The notes beneath the pieces are model-generated. The model searched no databases, had not been told where the DNA came from, and was given only the letters and a program-made list of their open reading frames with translations. Below, one piece after another: positions 14,301-27,194 of a stretch of DNA of 64,000 nt; within the stretch, counting starts at the first letter, position 1, and each line of letters starts with the position of its first letter. The translations under genes and the position numbers were made by a program. This stretch comes from Felis catus (Eukaryota): contig NC_058368.1 of NCBI RefSeq assembly GCF_018350175.1, positions 133,674,001 through 133,738,000 on the forward strand, given 5' to 3'.

Positions 14301-15479
14301 GGGCAGCGATGGGACTGCTGTTCCACTGAAACATCTAATTTCTGAAGGGTTCGTATATTTTAATCTCTCGGAACTTCTGTGGGTCCTTTTAAAGGGGGAA
14401 ATAACTCAAACCTGGAGGCGTTTTCAAGAATTGTTTTTTTGGAATGCACTGATAGGTGTATTCCTATTGTCAATTTTTTTGAGTAATAATGTATAATTTA
14501 TAGTATCTGAATAAGTTGCAGCCCATTGGTTTTTGTAGAAAATAATTTAATACTTGTATCAATCACACAGGTGGCCATTGTAAAACTAGAAAGTACAGCC
14601 TGGAGAAAATGCATTCAAAATTACCCCTGATCACTTAAAGAAAAGAGATTTGAAAAAGCAGAGAATATAGCTTTTGCTTGTGTCTTTTGATGCATTAAAT
14701 AATTTTTCCTGTAGGTATTTACAATGTTACAGTCTCCTAGCATTTAAGAAGTGGAGTAGCGTTTTATTTTATTGTGAAAAGTCTTAGATCACAAAGCATT
14801 TATCGTTTGTCCTCATCATTTCCATTGTAGAAAGAGAAGTATAAAGGATAAAAGTTTTCATCCATAATCTCACCATGTAAAGATAGTCCCCTTAAGCATT
14901 TTCGTATATTTCTCTTCAGGCTCTTGTTAAACTCCTCATTACTTGATGATTATTGATTCTTAGTGCATGTTTTCTTTCCAGCTAGGAAGTACTTTCTGGG
15001 GCTGACCAGTTGTATATGAGCTGAGTACTCTGCCCACAATATTTGCTGTGCCTCTCAACAGAAACAGCAATGAGGGCGGAGTGCTGGACCATTTCTAATG
15101 GTCACTTATAGTCATTCAGAGAACTGAGGCATTTCCTTATTTTCAGTCATTCATTGTATAAAATTCCAAAAGCTAACATTTTTTTTTTCCTACAGCTGTT
15201 GACAATATTTGTTTAGGCTCAAGGAAGCTTTTACGTTTTATGTGCAGCAAATCGCTTCTCACAACACATTTTAATAGGTTCCAGCAGTCAACAAAGAGAT
15301 GATATATTCATTTAGGGAATAGAACAGATTTTCTTTGTTTTGCTCTAACACTTGGGGTTTTATAAGATTTTCCCAGCAACTAGCACTGGAGCCGTTTGTA
15401 GCCAAGTTGTGGTTGGTGCAGTGATTTATCGATCAGGGAGGGTTTCCCAGAGTTGGTCGGAATAGATGATTACTGTAAC

Positions 15480-15610
15480 TCTGTACATGCTAGCCTGCTG
15501 GAACACAGGCTCCCTGGGTCCAGGAGATTTGTCTCCCTGCTGTATGCTCTGTGCCTAGAACCATGCCTGGAAGGTAACGGTTGTTCTACAAATATTTGTA
15601 GAATATTCTT
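15480..15610 (+). mobile_element. L2 3' end fragment
   Basis: gtgcctagaaccatgcctgg...acaaatatttgtagaat. Confidence 0.6.
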
Positions 15611-15890
15611 ATGTGTTTTTATAGCCCACATTTCCCCTACTGCTTAACAAACCCTCTCATTGGCTAACCCATTACTTAAGTTATTCCAACTTTTAATAAG
15701 AATGTCATGTGCTCCATGTAGGATAGTAAATGTTGGGTCCTCAACTTAATGTATTTATGTCTAGTGAAATTGTTATTTCTTTTTTTGCATTTAAGTCTTT
15801 TATGAAAACAGATGAAAGTGATAGATTTGTTGCTGATTGGTATTTTAATGTTTTTCTAGTCCTGTGTATAAAGAGCTACAGTATAAATAT

Positions 15891-16054
15891 TCTTTAATGT
15901 TTCCTTATTTTGAGAGAGAGATAGCACACAAGTGGGGGCAGGGGCAGAGAGACTCCCAAGCAGCCTCTGTGAAGGGCTCCATCTCACGCAAGATTAGGAC
16001 CTAAGCAGAAACCAAGAGGGGGACTCTCAACTACAGAGCCACCCAGGTGCCTCC
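15891..16054 (-). mobile_element. CAN-SINE (internally deleted, diverged)
   Basis: ggggcagagagactcccaagcag...gagccacccaggtgcc. Confidence 0.85.
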
Positions 16055-16453
16055 AATATAAATTTAATATTATCCTGCATTCTAATTTACCCATTTTGGT
16101 TTTGTTGTCAAGGAGAATTTTAAGCATAGGTGATGTACATTTCCATTTACCAATCTGAATTGAATGCCAGGAATAGATACCTATTGAAAGTATGCTTCTG
16201 TTGGTCTGCCTTGATTTCCCTGTATCACAGCTTTACTGGGAGGAGGGGAGGGAACAGGTAACACAGGTGAATAAAATAGACACTAGTTGATAGGAATAAA
16301 ATAAGCTATTCACAGTCATTACTCCCATCCTTTTGAATACATTTATCTGAAAATTAATATTTTGATAGATGAGAGAAAAAACAAAAGAGATAGGAGGAAA
16401 AAAATAACCAATGGGTCTGTGGCCAAAGAGCACCATCATTTCAGGTGGGCTGC

Positions 16454-16486
16454 TGTGTGTGTGTGTGTGTGTGTGTATGTTTATTT

Positions 16487-16544
<58 letters not shown>

Positions 16545-16705
16545 CAGAGAGAGAGAGAGAGAGAGGGAGACACAGAATTTGAAGCAGGCTCCAGGCTCCG
16601 AGCTGCCAGCACATAGCCCAATGCTATGGCTCAAACTCATGGACTGTGAGATCATGACCTGAGCTGAAGTCAGACGTTCAACTGACTGAGCCACCCTGCT
16701 GCCGC
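16454..16705 (-). mobile_element. CAN-SINE with (TG)n and long (GA)n
   Basis: Full SINE body; TSD aggtgggct on both sides. Confidence 0.92.
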
Positions 16706-17544
16706 TAGGTGGGCTCTTTGTGTAGTAAAAGTGTAAAGGCACATTTGAGACTAATAAAGACTAAATTCATGGTGGTGGTTACCTCTTGGGGAAGAGAGAG
16801 GAACCAAGATCATGGAGGGGGGTGGGGGCTTCAACAGTGTTTATTTTTGACACATAAAATTGAGTAGCGGATACACAGATGGGTGTTCATTTTGCTAATC
16901 CCCTAGGGTTTTTTTTCTTAAAACAGTAAATGATGGAGAGTGGATGCACATAGAAGTGAGATTTTTCTCCAGTTCACTTTTATTTATTAAAAGGTTTAGC
17001 TTTGTTTACCAGCTTTTTCAGCCTCTGCCATTTCCAGTGTCTTCCAGCCAGATCCTGTGGCACAAAGGCCAGGAGAAAGAGAGAAAGGAGAGGTGTCACC
17101 AGAAGTAGAGAAACCTATTTAAGAGATCTTGACAGCTAGAATACATTTAGATATTTGAACTTGCTGAATCATGAGAAGTGAATGATTATCATGCCTCCTC
17201 TGCATAATCATTTACTCGTATTTTTCATTGACTGAGATGCTTCTCTTTCCGCAGAAGCCTCTAGCAGCTGCCTATTGGTGTAGTTCTATCACATGCAGAC
17301 TTTGAAAGAGAAGTATCCAACTTGGCAGTGTCTGACTTGTCAATGTCTTGGTCACATTGGTAGACGATCCTTGTTAGAGTGGAGGGTGCTGTGGCTTCCC
17401 CTCATTCTCACTCTGGCTGTCGGTGAATATTCCTGAACCACCCCTCAAACATGCTTGGCAGGAACCTCAGTTATATAAATGATGGTTATAGACAATGATG
17501 GACCTTGAGAAGTCACTTGAGGCATTATGCTTGAAAGAAAGGGA

Positions 17545-17915
17545 GCTAGAGGCTAGAAGTTAGAGATGAAGAGGTCAGTGGGGCTGGATCTTCATGAGGT
17601 CTGTGGGGGAGCATCTATCTGTTCCAGGGCTTTCTCCCAGATTCTAGTGGTTTTCTGGCATTCTTGGGCAGTCTCTGGCTTGTAGATGCTTCACCTTGAT
17701 TTCTGCCTCCATTGTCCCATGGCATTCCTCCTGTGTGCATGACTCTGTGTCCAAGCCTTGCCCTTTCATAGGGACATATTCCTTGGACTAGGGGCCCACC
17801 CTAATGACCTCATCTTAACTTGATCATCTGCAGAGACCCTATTTCCAAGTAAGGTCACATTCACAGGTACTGAGGGTTCAGACGTAAGTATTTTTGAGGT
17901 GCATAGTTCAATTAG
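17545..17915 (-). mobile_element. MLT1B/C-like MaLR solo LTR
   Basis: ggggcccaccctaatgacctcatcttaacttgatcatctgcagagaccctatttccaagtaaggtcacattcacaggtactg. Confidence 0.85.
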
Positions 17916-18699
17916 AAAAGCCCCTTCGTTCTCATTCCCCATGCTCAAATGTGAAAAGCAGATTCCACCTGCCAGTAGATGTTGTCCAGCTCAAGCTTGT
18001 TGTAGTCTGTGCAATGCCCCCTTCACTGAACTACTCTGGATGAACCACCATGGGGATAAGACAAGTTACTTGTTACCAAGAGAACTATTGAAAAGTGCAC
18101 TTGCCAGAGAACAAAGCCAGAAAGAAATAGGAGTTGGTCCTTGCTCTTTTTCTTTCTGTCCAGGCTCTTCTGCACACCTCATTAGAGCAAAGAGTAATCT
18201 ATCTAAATCTAATCAATTTCACTTTAGGTGATGGCAAATGAATACTATTTCTGCTACATTACCTGTGAAGTGGTCCTCTGTGGATAAACCTGGAAACCTC
18301 CCACTATTCTTAACATTGTTTTTTCTGAGAGTTGTGATCTGCTGTCTTCACTTTAAAGATGCACCTTTAGATCACAGCCTCAGATGTTGTTAAGATAAAC
18401 TGGGGAAATGGATCTGGCCAGGACTGGAGGCCACAGTAGCTTTCTCCCTCCCATGTCAGGGTACTTGGAGCAAGATGCAGAGGGACGCTCAGAGCAAGTG
18501 TGCTCTTCCCTTCTAGAAGACTGCCATCCTTGGCAGTGATGTCTGGTGAGCAAGGCTGGACCTTCAGGTGCTTGAAGGATTCCCTTGAGACAAGGCTCAT
18601 GCCCAGAACTGGAACGGGCAGAGACACAGAGACATCCATCTGTATACACAGTATCCATGATTCTCTTTTGGTTTACTGATAAAATTCTGATTTTTGTCA

Positions 18700-19045
18700 T
18701 GGTTGTAATGTGCTCAATTAAAAGATATAACCTACCAGCCTTTTTCCTTCACACCTAGGTAGAGTTATGATATTACATTATGGCCAATGAGAGCTAAGTA
18801 AAAGTTGCTCAAAGGATAGACAGTCCTGCAACCGTCTTCGTCCATGAGGTGACCATGAGGATAGACTACCAAGGATGGTTGAACTGAAAGGTAGAAGTGG
18901 CTTGAGTCTGTTGATTTGGTCCCAAGACACCAAGACTAGATTCCCTGCTTCTGAACCTCTTTTACATATGAAAGCAGTAAGCTATTTTAAGGTACATTTT
19001 TGGGTTACCACTTATATGCAGCTACACCTAATTGTAACTGGTCCA
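18700..19045 (+). mobile_element. MLT1J/K-like solo LTR
   Basis: tggccaatgagagctaagtaaaagtt...tgcagctacacctaattgtaactg. Confidence 0.55.
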
Positions 19046-20340
19046 GAGATCTCCACAAGAACCCCAATCACTGCCCTTTTAGAGTGTACGGTATATCAGA
19101 AAGAAAAGACTGGTAAAATGAAGTAAATGAAGTAAAATGACAAGTAAAATGAAGAGAATTTCTTCCCAAGACCTAAAGATGATCTTGTCTGTTGTGCCCC
19201 ATGACATTTTTTCCCCAAGGCATCTTTTATGTGAGATAGAAGACTCTGAAACTGTGTCCTCTTTAACTGCTCCCTTATTTATTCAGAACTCTGTTTCCTA
19301 AGAGTGTAGACAGTGTTAGTCATTCCCATTTTTTGCCAGCCAACATTGACATTGAGCAGTACCGCCATCTCGGTGGTACTGCACTGTTTTGAGTATTACT
19401 GCTTTTACCGTTGTTTTAGAAAGTTGAATAGAAAACAGAAGAGAATGTGCTGATACCAGGGATGAGAAGTGTAGCTCTCATAAATTTAATACCCCTGATA
19501 CCAGGGGGGAATTATTTGGCTTTCCAGAAAGGATCAATATTTAGATTCAATCATACATTGTACTTGGGCTGCTGGTGTGTGTAGTTGAGAGCAAACGAAG
19601 AGAACAAAATAAAAGACTGGACAGATTGGGAGTGTATCAATGAGGAATGATTAGACAATTTGAAACTTTTTTGTTTTTCTCTCTCTCAGGTAATGAAAAA
19701 TTTCCTCACAATATGTGTATGACTCTTTGACATATTTTTTTTTTTTAGGAATGTATGAAGCAGGAAAGTAAAGAATTGCTTTTATAGGTGGGTTCATTAT
19801 CTTTTTAGCATCTGATTCTCTGATAGAATGTAGTGGATTGGGAGGAAGCCGGGATGAGTGAGGCTGCTTTGGGACTTCACAATCGCCCCCTGTGAGGAGG
19901 GACAGTAGGCATTTACAGAGCTGCTATGGCAGACAGAAGGCTGAAAACCTGATGTTATGGGCAAGACCCACTCTATGCTGCTGAGTAGGATAAAGCAAGG
20001 TTTTTCCAAAGCTTTCTTCATCCATCTTGAGTTCCTCGTGTTTCTCTACATCTCTGGATTCATAGCTCTCCCCCAGACATGAAGATTTTCATGCAGGTCT
20101 GGGTTTAGGGGAAACAGCTTCTACTTGATCTCTAACTAGGCAAGGTCATTTTCTGAATGTCTTCTTTAAAGTCACAATGATGTGAGACCCTAGAAAGTAG
20201 CTATGACTTGAGGAACTTAGAAGACAATGCTGTCCATTTGTGCTGAAAGTATACAAAATGTCACATTTTCTCATGGAGTATGTTTTCTCTTATTTTTCTG
20301 AGGTTTCACACATCAGAGTGTTTAAAGGTTCACTCTTAAA

Positions 20341-20548
20341 TTTTTTTTGAGTATTTATTTATTTTTGAGAGACACACAGAGCGTGAGCAGGGGAGGGGCA
20401 GAGAGAGAGGGAGACACAGAATACAAAGCAGGCTCCAGGCTCCAAGCTGTCAACACAGAGCCTGACGTGGGGCTTGAACTCACAAACTGTGAGATCATAA
20501 CCTGAAGGGAGGTCAGATGCTTACCACACTGAGCCACCCAGGCAGCCC
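20341..20548 (-). mobile_element. CAN-SINE
   Basis: Full body; TSD taaaggttca(c/t)tcttaa. Confidence 0.93.
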
Positions 20549-20893
20549 TAAAGGTTCATTCTTAACCTCATTTCCCCTGAAACTATTGATTTTATCAACT
20601 GCGTGTTTACCTTTGTAGCATTTATCAGGATCCTAATTCTTTGTAGTAGGAGAGGAATTTCTCCCCTGTTGTTGGATAAATGTGTTCTTTCCTTGATTGG
20701 TTGAAAGACTGGAGAGAGGTGAGGTTGGTAAAATGAGTCTAACAGTGATTCACACTTTTCTTAATGCATTCCTGATGAAGTTACTATAGTTATCAGTTGA
20801 ACATAAAAAAATATTGGGCATGACATGATAACTGATTTTCATTTATTAATTTCTAGTTGTTATCCTGCAGCAATGTAGAAACTTTAAAAATTG

Positions 20894-21119
20894 TTTTTCT
20901 TACTTAAAGAATTTTTAATGTTTATTTACTTTTGAGAGAGAGAGAGAGACGGCATGCAAGCCGGGGAGGGGCCAAGAGAGAGGGAGACACAGAATCTCAA
21001 GCAGGCTCCAGGCTCCGAGCTGTCAGCACAGAGCCCGATGCAGGGTTCAAACACAAATTGTGAGATCATGACCTGAGCTGAAGTCAGATGATTAACTGAC
21101 TGAGCCACCCAGGTGCCTC
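20894..21119 (-). mobile_element. CAN-SINE
   Basis: Full body, gcaggctccaggctccgagctgtcagc. Confidence 0.93.
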
Positions 21120-21365
21120 TAAAATTGATTTGTATGTTATTTATCCATACTATCCCTGGCCTACATCACCAAAAATATTCAGATTATATTGAAGGTAGTG
21201 TTTGTATATATGTATATTCGGATGCCATGCCAAAAAAAAAAAAAAAAAAAGGACAGCATTTGGTTTCTCAAATGCAGGACTCCATTTCTCCCTGAAATTC
21301 CCACCCAGTGTGGGGCTATTGATAACTGGTGATTGTGAAGGATAGTATTGCCACTTTTTAAAGTA

Positions 21366-21693
21366 TCGTTGACCCTTAAACAATACAGGGGTTAAGGGTG
21401 CTGACCCCCTATGCAGTCACAAATCTGACTATAAATTTTGAGTTCCCCACAAATTTAACTACTAACAGCCCACTGTTGACCAGAAGCCTTACACATAGCG
21501 TATACCATGGATTAACCTGTATTTGGTATATGTATTATATACTATATTCTTAAAGTAAGCTGGAGAAAAGTTGTTAATAAGAAAAACACAAGGTAGAGAA
21601 AGTACATTTTATAGAATGGTACTAAATTTATCAAAAAAAATCCACATATAAACGGAAGCACACAGTTCAAACCTGTTTCTCAAGGGTCAGCTG
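21366..21693 (+). mobile_element. Tigger2-derived MITE (Tigger2a_Car-like)
   Basis: TIRs gttgacccttaaacaa / tttctcaagggtcagctg with flanking TA. Confidence 0.8.
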
Positions 21694-21855
21694 TACATAG
21701 AAGAAATTTGGAAGTCATGTTATCTTCAGGAAATTATGGAAATGCTATAAAAGGAGGTTAGTCTCCAGCATTCTTTTTTTCAGGGGTCGTGATGACTTGA
21801 AGGCTTTCTTCAAAAGATTACCTGGCCTCTTCTGAATTAATGCACATAAAATCTT

Positions 21856-22067
21856 TTTTTTTAATGTTTATTTATTTTTGAGAGAGAGAGAGACAGAGCA
21901 TGAATGGGGGAGGGGCAGAGAGAGAGAGGGAGACACAGAATTGGAAGCAGGCTTCAGGCTCTGAGCCATCAGCCCAGAGCCCGACGCGGGGCTCGAACTC
22001 ATGGACCGCGAGATTGTGACCTGAGCTGAAGTCGGACGCTTAACTGACTGAGCCGCCCAGGTGCCCC
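21856..22067 (-). mobile_element. Young CAN-SINE with perfect 18-bp TSD
   Basis: TSD taatgcacataaaatctt at 21838-21855 and 22068-22085; many CpGs retained. Confidence 0.95.
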
Positions 22068-22143
22068 TAATGCACATAAAATCTTAAACATCAAGGGCTT
22101 TGTAATAGCTAAGGCTGTTTGTCAGATTTCAGTTTGAATTCTT

Positions 22144-22344
22144 ATTTTTTGAAATGTTTATTTTTGTGAGAGAGAGAGAGAGCAGAGTGAGCAGGAAAGG
22201 GCCAGAGAGGGAGGGCACAGAGGATCTGAAGTGGGCTCCGTGCCACCAGCAGAGAGCCTGATGTGGGACTCAAGGTCCTGAACCATGAGACCTTGACCTG
22301 AAATGAAGTGGGACACTCAACTGACTGAGCCACCCAGATGCCCC
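22144..22344 (-). mobile_element. CAN-SINE
   Basis: TSD cagtttgaattctt. Confidence 0.92.
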
Positions 22345-24010
22345 CAGTTTGAATTCTTTGAGAGGTTTCTGGAGATGAGTAGCTTAGCAATCTTTATCAG
22401 GAAAAGCTCTTCAACCTTTCCTAGGAAAGATGGCAAAAACTCATCAGCTTTAGACAAGATTGGCCTTTTCATTGGGAATCCCTGTGCTCGGAGAGAAGCC
22501 TAGAAATGAAGGTCTTGTTTTGACCTCTGGCTTACTTAACTGGTAATTTCGTAAGATGCCTTTACTGTTTTATTATTTTATTGCAGTTAGATAGTGTGGT
22601 TTCAGAAGTGGAGGTGATAGAGACCTCTAGGCCATAACCCCGTAAGGTTGTGTATTTCAGGAATTAACATGGTTTGCTTTCTTCTGAAAATAAGAAGGGA
22701 AGAGTGGAGAAAGAAGGAGATGAAATAAACTCATGTTAAAATTGTGCTTGCACTTTGAATTAAATTCCCTGCATGACTGGTTCTTATTCAGAACAGAAAT
22801 GATGAAACCTTGATGTGAGGATTGCAGTGTAAACGGAACAGGCAATGAAGGTCTTCTCCATATTGGTTGGTAATTAGCTATGCATGGGTCATGGGTCGAT
22901 GATTAGTTCTGTTCCTCAGAGCATGTCTGCAATCTTTGATATCTACTTAAGCTATGTAAATAATTTGCATAATTTTTATTATGATTTTTCTATTAATCTT
23001 TGGTAGAGTGAAAGTTGAGATTTTTCTCTATGACACACCATGAAATTTAGCAATTAAAGCCGTTCATTTATTCAAATCCGCGCTTGGCTAAAATAAATTT
23101 CAACAAAATGCCGTGTTGGGCCTTTGAAAATACTACTTAGTGGTTCTTTTGCATCCTGTAAACATAACTCTTCATTAATATTTCTAATTGGATGGAGATA
23201 GGCTTTCGTTCTTACAGAAGTCATATTGTGAAACCCGTAGACACCAGGAAGCCATTTGGTGCCTTTGGAACCAAGCTTTGGTTTCTCAAAACCTAACGTG
23301 ACTTTTACTTGTCTCAAGTTTCTTTTCATTTATTACCACATTTAACAATCAGTGGATTGTGTCGGTATCTTAGTAACTGCAGTAGCCTGAGTACTCTTGT
23401 TTCTCATAACTCCCTATCCCTACATGGCACTTACATGCTCCCCCTATGTGGAAAAATTTCTAAGGAAAAATATTTCAGCGATGATGAAGTATTGTTTTTA
23501 ATTCGACTCTTTGAAAGTACAATCATGAGATTTTGAATGGTGCCTACCTTTTTTTGAGCAAACTTTCCCCAGCCAAACCTATTAATTTTTGGTTGTTCCT
23601 AATTCCTTTCCTGATCCAGCTATTTGCAGTGGTTTGGTCCCCACGTATTTCTTTCATAGTTGCATGTCACTTCATAATTAAATAGAATAACTCACCCCTT
23701 TTAAACTATACTTATTTTCTAGCTAAGTGCTCTATTCTGGAAACTGTGGACACATGTCTGGAATCCCTGACATTGTGTATGAATGTGTGTGTTTTATTAT
23801 AGCTTTCATATGATTGTCCAAAGCTTCCTTGGCTGCCAGAAGTTAAAGATGATTTTTTTCCCTCATAGGGGCATTTTTTGTCTAACTAAATTTTAAGCTT
23901 CTTGGGGCACGGTGCTTTACCTCCCATTTGTTCTATATGGAGTTTACCACAGCAGAGTGGCAGTGTGTGGGAGACTGCTGATCGATTTTGGTGCTTCCCA
24001 AACCAGTGTA

Positions 24011-24389
24011 TGCATGAGCTTTGAACAGTGCAGGAGTTAGGGGTGCCCAGCCCTGGGCAGTCACAAATCCGTGTAGAATTAACACTCTAAGAACTAACTG
24101 CTAATAGCCTGCTGTCGACCAGAAGCCTTACCCATAACATCAACAGTAGGTTAGCATGTATTTTATATGAGATACATATGTGTGTGTGTGTGTGTATAAA
24201 TATATGTATATATGTGTGTGTGTGTGTGTAGGGTATATATAAGAATAGTGTATTCTTAATGTAAGCTAGAGAAAAGGCAATCATAAGGAAAATAAATTGA
24301 CAGTGCTGTACTGTATTTATGAAAAAAACGAACAACTGTATATACATGACCCTGTGCAGTTCAAACCCGTGGTGTTCAAGGATCACTTG
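24011..24389 (+). mobile_element. Tigger2-derived MITE, second copy, with internal (TG/TA)n
   Basis: ctaatagcctgctgtcgaccagaagcctta; right TIR gttcaaacccgtggtgttcaaggatcacttg. Confidence 0.75.
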
Positions 24390-24502
24390 TCGATTGAGTT
24401 GTTGCAGTTAGAGGCTCTCCTCGAATTTAAATGATGTATAAGCTTTTTTTAAAAGAGAAATGTTTTCACGGTTGCAACGTTGATGTAAATATAATTTTTA
24501 AA

Positions 24503-24718
24503 TTCTTTTTTTAAAAGTTTACTTATTTTTGGGAGAGAGAGACCCAGAGTGCGAGTGGGGAAGGTGCAGAGAGAGACAAGGAGACACAGAATCCAAAGCA
24601 GGCTCCAGGCTCTGAGCTGTCAGCACAGAGTCCAGTGCAGGGCTTGAACTCACAAACTGCGAGACCATGACCTGAGCCAAAGTCGTACGCTTAACCGACT
24701 GAGCTACCCGGGCACCCC
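24503..24718 (-). mobile_element. CAN-SINE
   Basis: Full body ending ggcacccc. Confidence 0.92.
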
Positions 24719-24958
24719 TGAGTATATTTTTTAAAAGATGCTTTATTAAATAGGAAGAAAAAGGCCAGATATAAACTCATGTTTAACACTTTTACCATTG
24801 CAACTAAAACAAATTAATACTAATACAACAAAACTGCCGAGAATAACATTTATAAGAATATTGGTTTAATGTTACATATTAATGATGATACTTTCCTACA
24901 CACTAAATCATTCTTAGGAATACAAATCTGCTTTTGGCTGATAGGCCACCTGCTTACT

Positions 24959-24960
<2 letters not shown>

Positions 24961-25000
<40 letters not shown>
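24961..25000. repeat. T40 mononucleotide run
   Basis: 40 consecutive T. Confidence 0.95.
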
Positions 25001-25001
<1 letters not shown>

Positions 25002-25300
25002 AGTTGGCTTATTTATCATATGCAGTGTAGAGCTCAGTTCTGCTGTGACTTTTCTGACAAAAAGCCTTTCATGATGGTTCTGCAGTGCTCCATGATATCA
25101 TTTGGCCCTCACCTTACTTGTGTATTTAGTCCTCTGGTTTTTTCTCATTAGCTCAGGAAAATTGAAATAGTAATACTTGGCCAACTTGATCATTACCACA
25201 AATGGAAATATGGCACTGAAATCATGAAGCAGGCTGAATTTAAAAAATAGTCATTACAGAATTCATATTTTTAAGACTATTAATAAAATATAAACAAAAA

Positions 25301-25533
25301 TTTTTTAAAATATTTTTTAATGTTAATTTATATTTGAGTGAGAGAGAGACAGACAGACAGAGTGCAAGTGGGGAATGGTTAGAGAGAGAGGGAGACAGAA
25401 TCCAAAGCCGGCTCCAGGTTCCAGGCTCTGAGCTGTGAGCACAGAGCCTGACATGGGGCTCGAACTCGTGAACTGTGAGATCATGACCTGAGCCAAAGTC
25501 GACGCTCAACCGACTAAGCCACCCAGGTACCCC
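25301..25533 (-). mobile_element. CAN-SINE
   Basis: Full body; TSD aacaaaaatttttt. Confidence 0.92.
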
Positions 25534-25582
25534 ATCAACAAAAATTTTTATTATGTATTAAATATTCCTCTCCCTAAGAATC

Positions 25583-25795
25583 TTTTTTTTTAAATGTTTA
25601 TTTATTTTTGAGAGAACGAGAGAGACAAAGCGTGAGCCGGGGAGGGGCAGAGAGAGGGGGACACAGAAACTGAAGCAGGCCCCAAGCTCTGAGCTGTCAG
25701 TACAGATCCTGATGTGGGGCTCAAATCCACAAACCTCAAGACCTTGACCTGAGCCAAAGTCGGATGCTCTACCAACTGAGCCACCCAGAGGTCCC
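25583..25795 (-). mobile_element. CAN-SINE
   Basis: Full body; TSD gaatcttttt. Confidence 0.92.
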
Positions 25796-26339
25796 TCACT
25801 ATGAATCTTTTTTAGACTCCAGTTTGAGGAATACTGGCATGGAATATATGAAGGGCCAAAACTGGTGCAAAATACTTCTAGTACATTAATGGATGGGACT
25901 TGATTTATATAAGTATTTATATAAGTTGACTTAATATTCATACTTAAAATAGATGCGCCTGGGCTTAATTAATCCTTGTCTTCATGTTTTTTATTGAAAT
26001 AATTATTTGTCCCTAAGCTTTGTATTTTTTCTTTTATTTGTCTTTTAGTTGTCTCTTATTCAAAACCCGCCTTGCTTTTTGTTGTATTACCTCCTGCCAG
26101 TAAACTAGCTTATCAGCAAAGGAAGGATCCCAAGGGCATGGGTGGGGAAGAATGTTAGCAAACCATGTGTTAATGAGTTAAAAGCTGGTAGACCTCTGTA
26201 CTGGGTAGAGATATGGTATAGTGAGTGGAAACATGGTACCCTTTAGTTAGTGATTCCATGCTTTCTCTTAAGATGTTTCCCCAAAATTTCTGTCTTTGAA
26301 AGTAGTAACTACTATAGTTAAAACCATATGCTTTTTTCA

Positions 26340-26510
26340 GGAGGTAATGTTATCTTCTAGTCCAATTCTCCTACTTGGTAGCTATGTTACTTTGCCTCTG
26401 TTAAAATGAAGATGATGGAAATGAGACTATCATGAGGATTCAGTTAGATAATGCATCAGAAATGCTCTGCACAGTGCTTGGAACATGGTAGGTGCCAATA
26501 AATTTCTGCC
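26340..26510 (+). mobile_element. MIR fragment
   Basis: ctgttaaaatgaagatgat...gaggattcagttagataatgcat...cagtgcttggaacatggtagg. Confidence 0.7.
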
Positions 26511-27194
26511 CACTCCTAGTGGTAGTGCTAGGACTATAAGAAAGGGATTCGAAGCATATGATTATATTCATTTTACATGCACAGTGGACAAGTAAAGGGT
26601 TGAGAACAGGCTTCCTCATTTCTCGAGTTAGTCTTTGGATTTTGATTGTAGAAGGTGATGTACTTCTATGATCATTAGCTCTTTTGTGAGAGGAAGTAGC
26701 ATCTTCCAAGGTGCCTATGGAGGCCAATTATATTGTAACCTTGCAAACCTCCTTGCTACCCAGTGAATCTGCCCTCGTGCCCTTTTCCAACCTACACAAC
26801 TGTCAACCCCTTTAAATTCTCTGCACCATCTTTCCAGTGCTGTCCTCTCTTCCATTTCTGTCCTAGGGGACCCCATGGTGAGCTTTGCCAACTCAGAAAA
26901 TAGCTCAATGCTAATGCAGCTGTGGTTGCATTCGCTGCCATTGTTTGGAGCTGTGTGTTTCCCTCATTGCCAGGAGCCTCTCCATAGACATTTTCCTCTC
27001 AGTCCTTAATTCTGAGGCTAGGTTGTCTTATCTTCATTTAATAATGTGAAAACCAAAGCCCAGAAAGGTTATTTAACTTGGCCAGCATCTCACAGCTAGG
27101 ATAGAGACTTCAAACTCAGGTTTTCCTCACTGCTTAGACTACTTCCTTTATTTCTGAATGTTCTGTTATTCCCATCTTAAAAGAAGAAAGTGTT

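Noticed and set aside
16233..16742. Many ORFs containing WVAQSVK..SAQVMIS..SLEPASDSVSPSLS motifs (this one and others across the window)
   Set aside because: These are translations of CAN-SINEs, not genes.
19358..19382. Small hairpin cagtaccgcc-atctc-ggtggtactg
   Set aside because: A 10-bp stem is too short for a pre-miRNA and is expected by chance in 64 kb.
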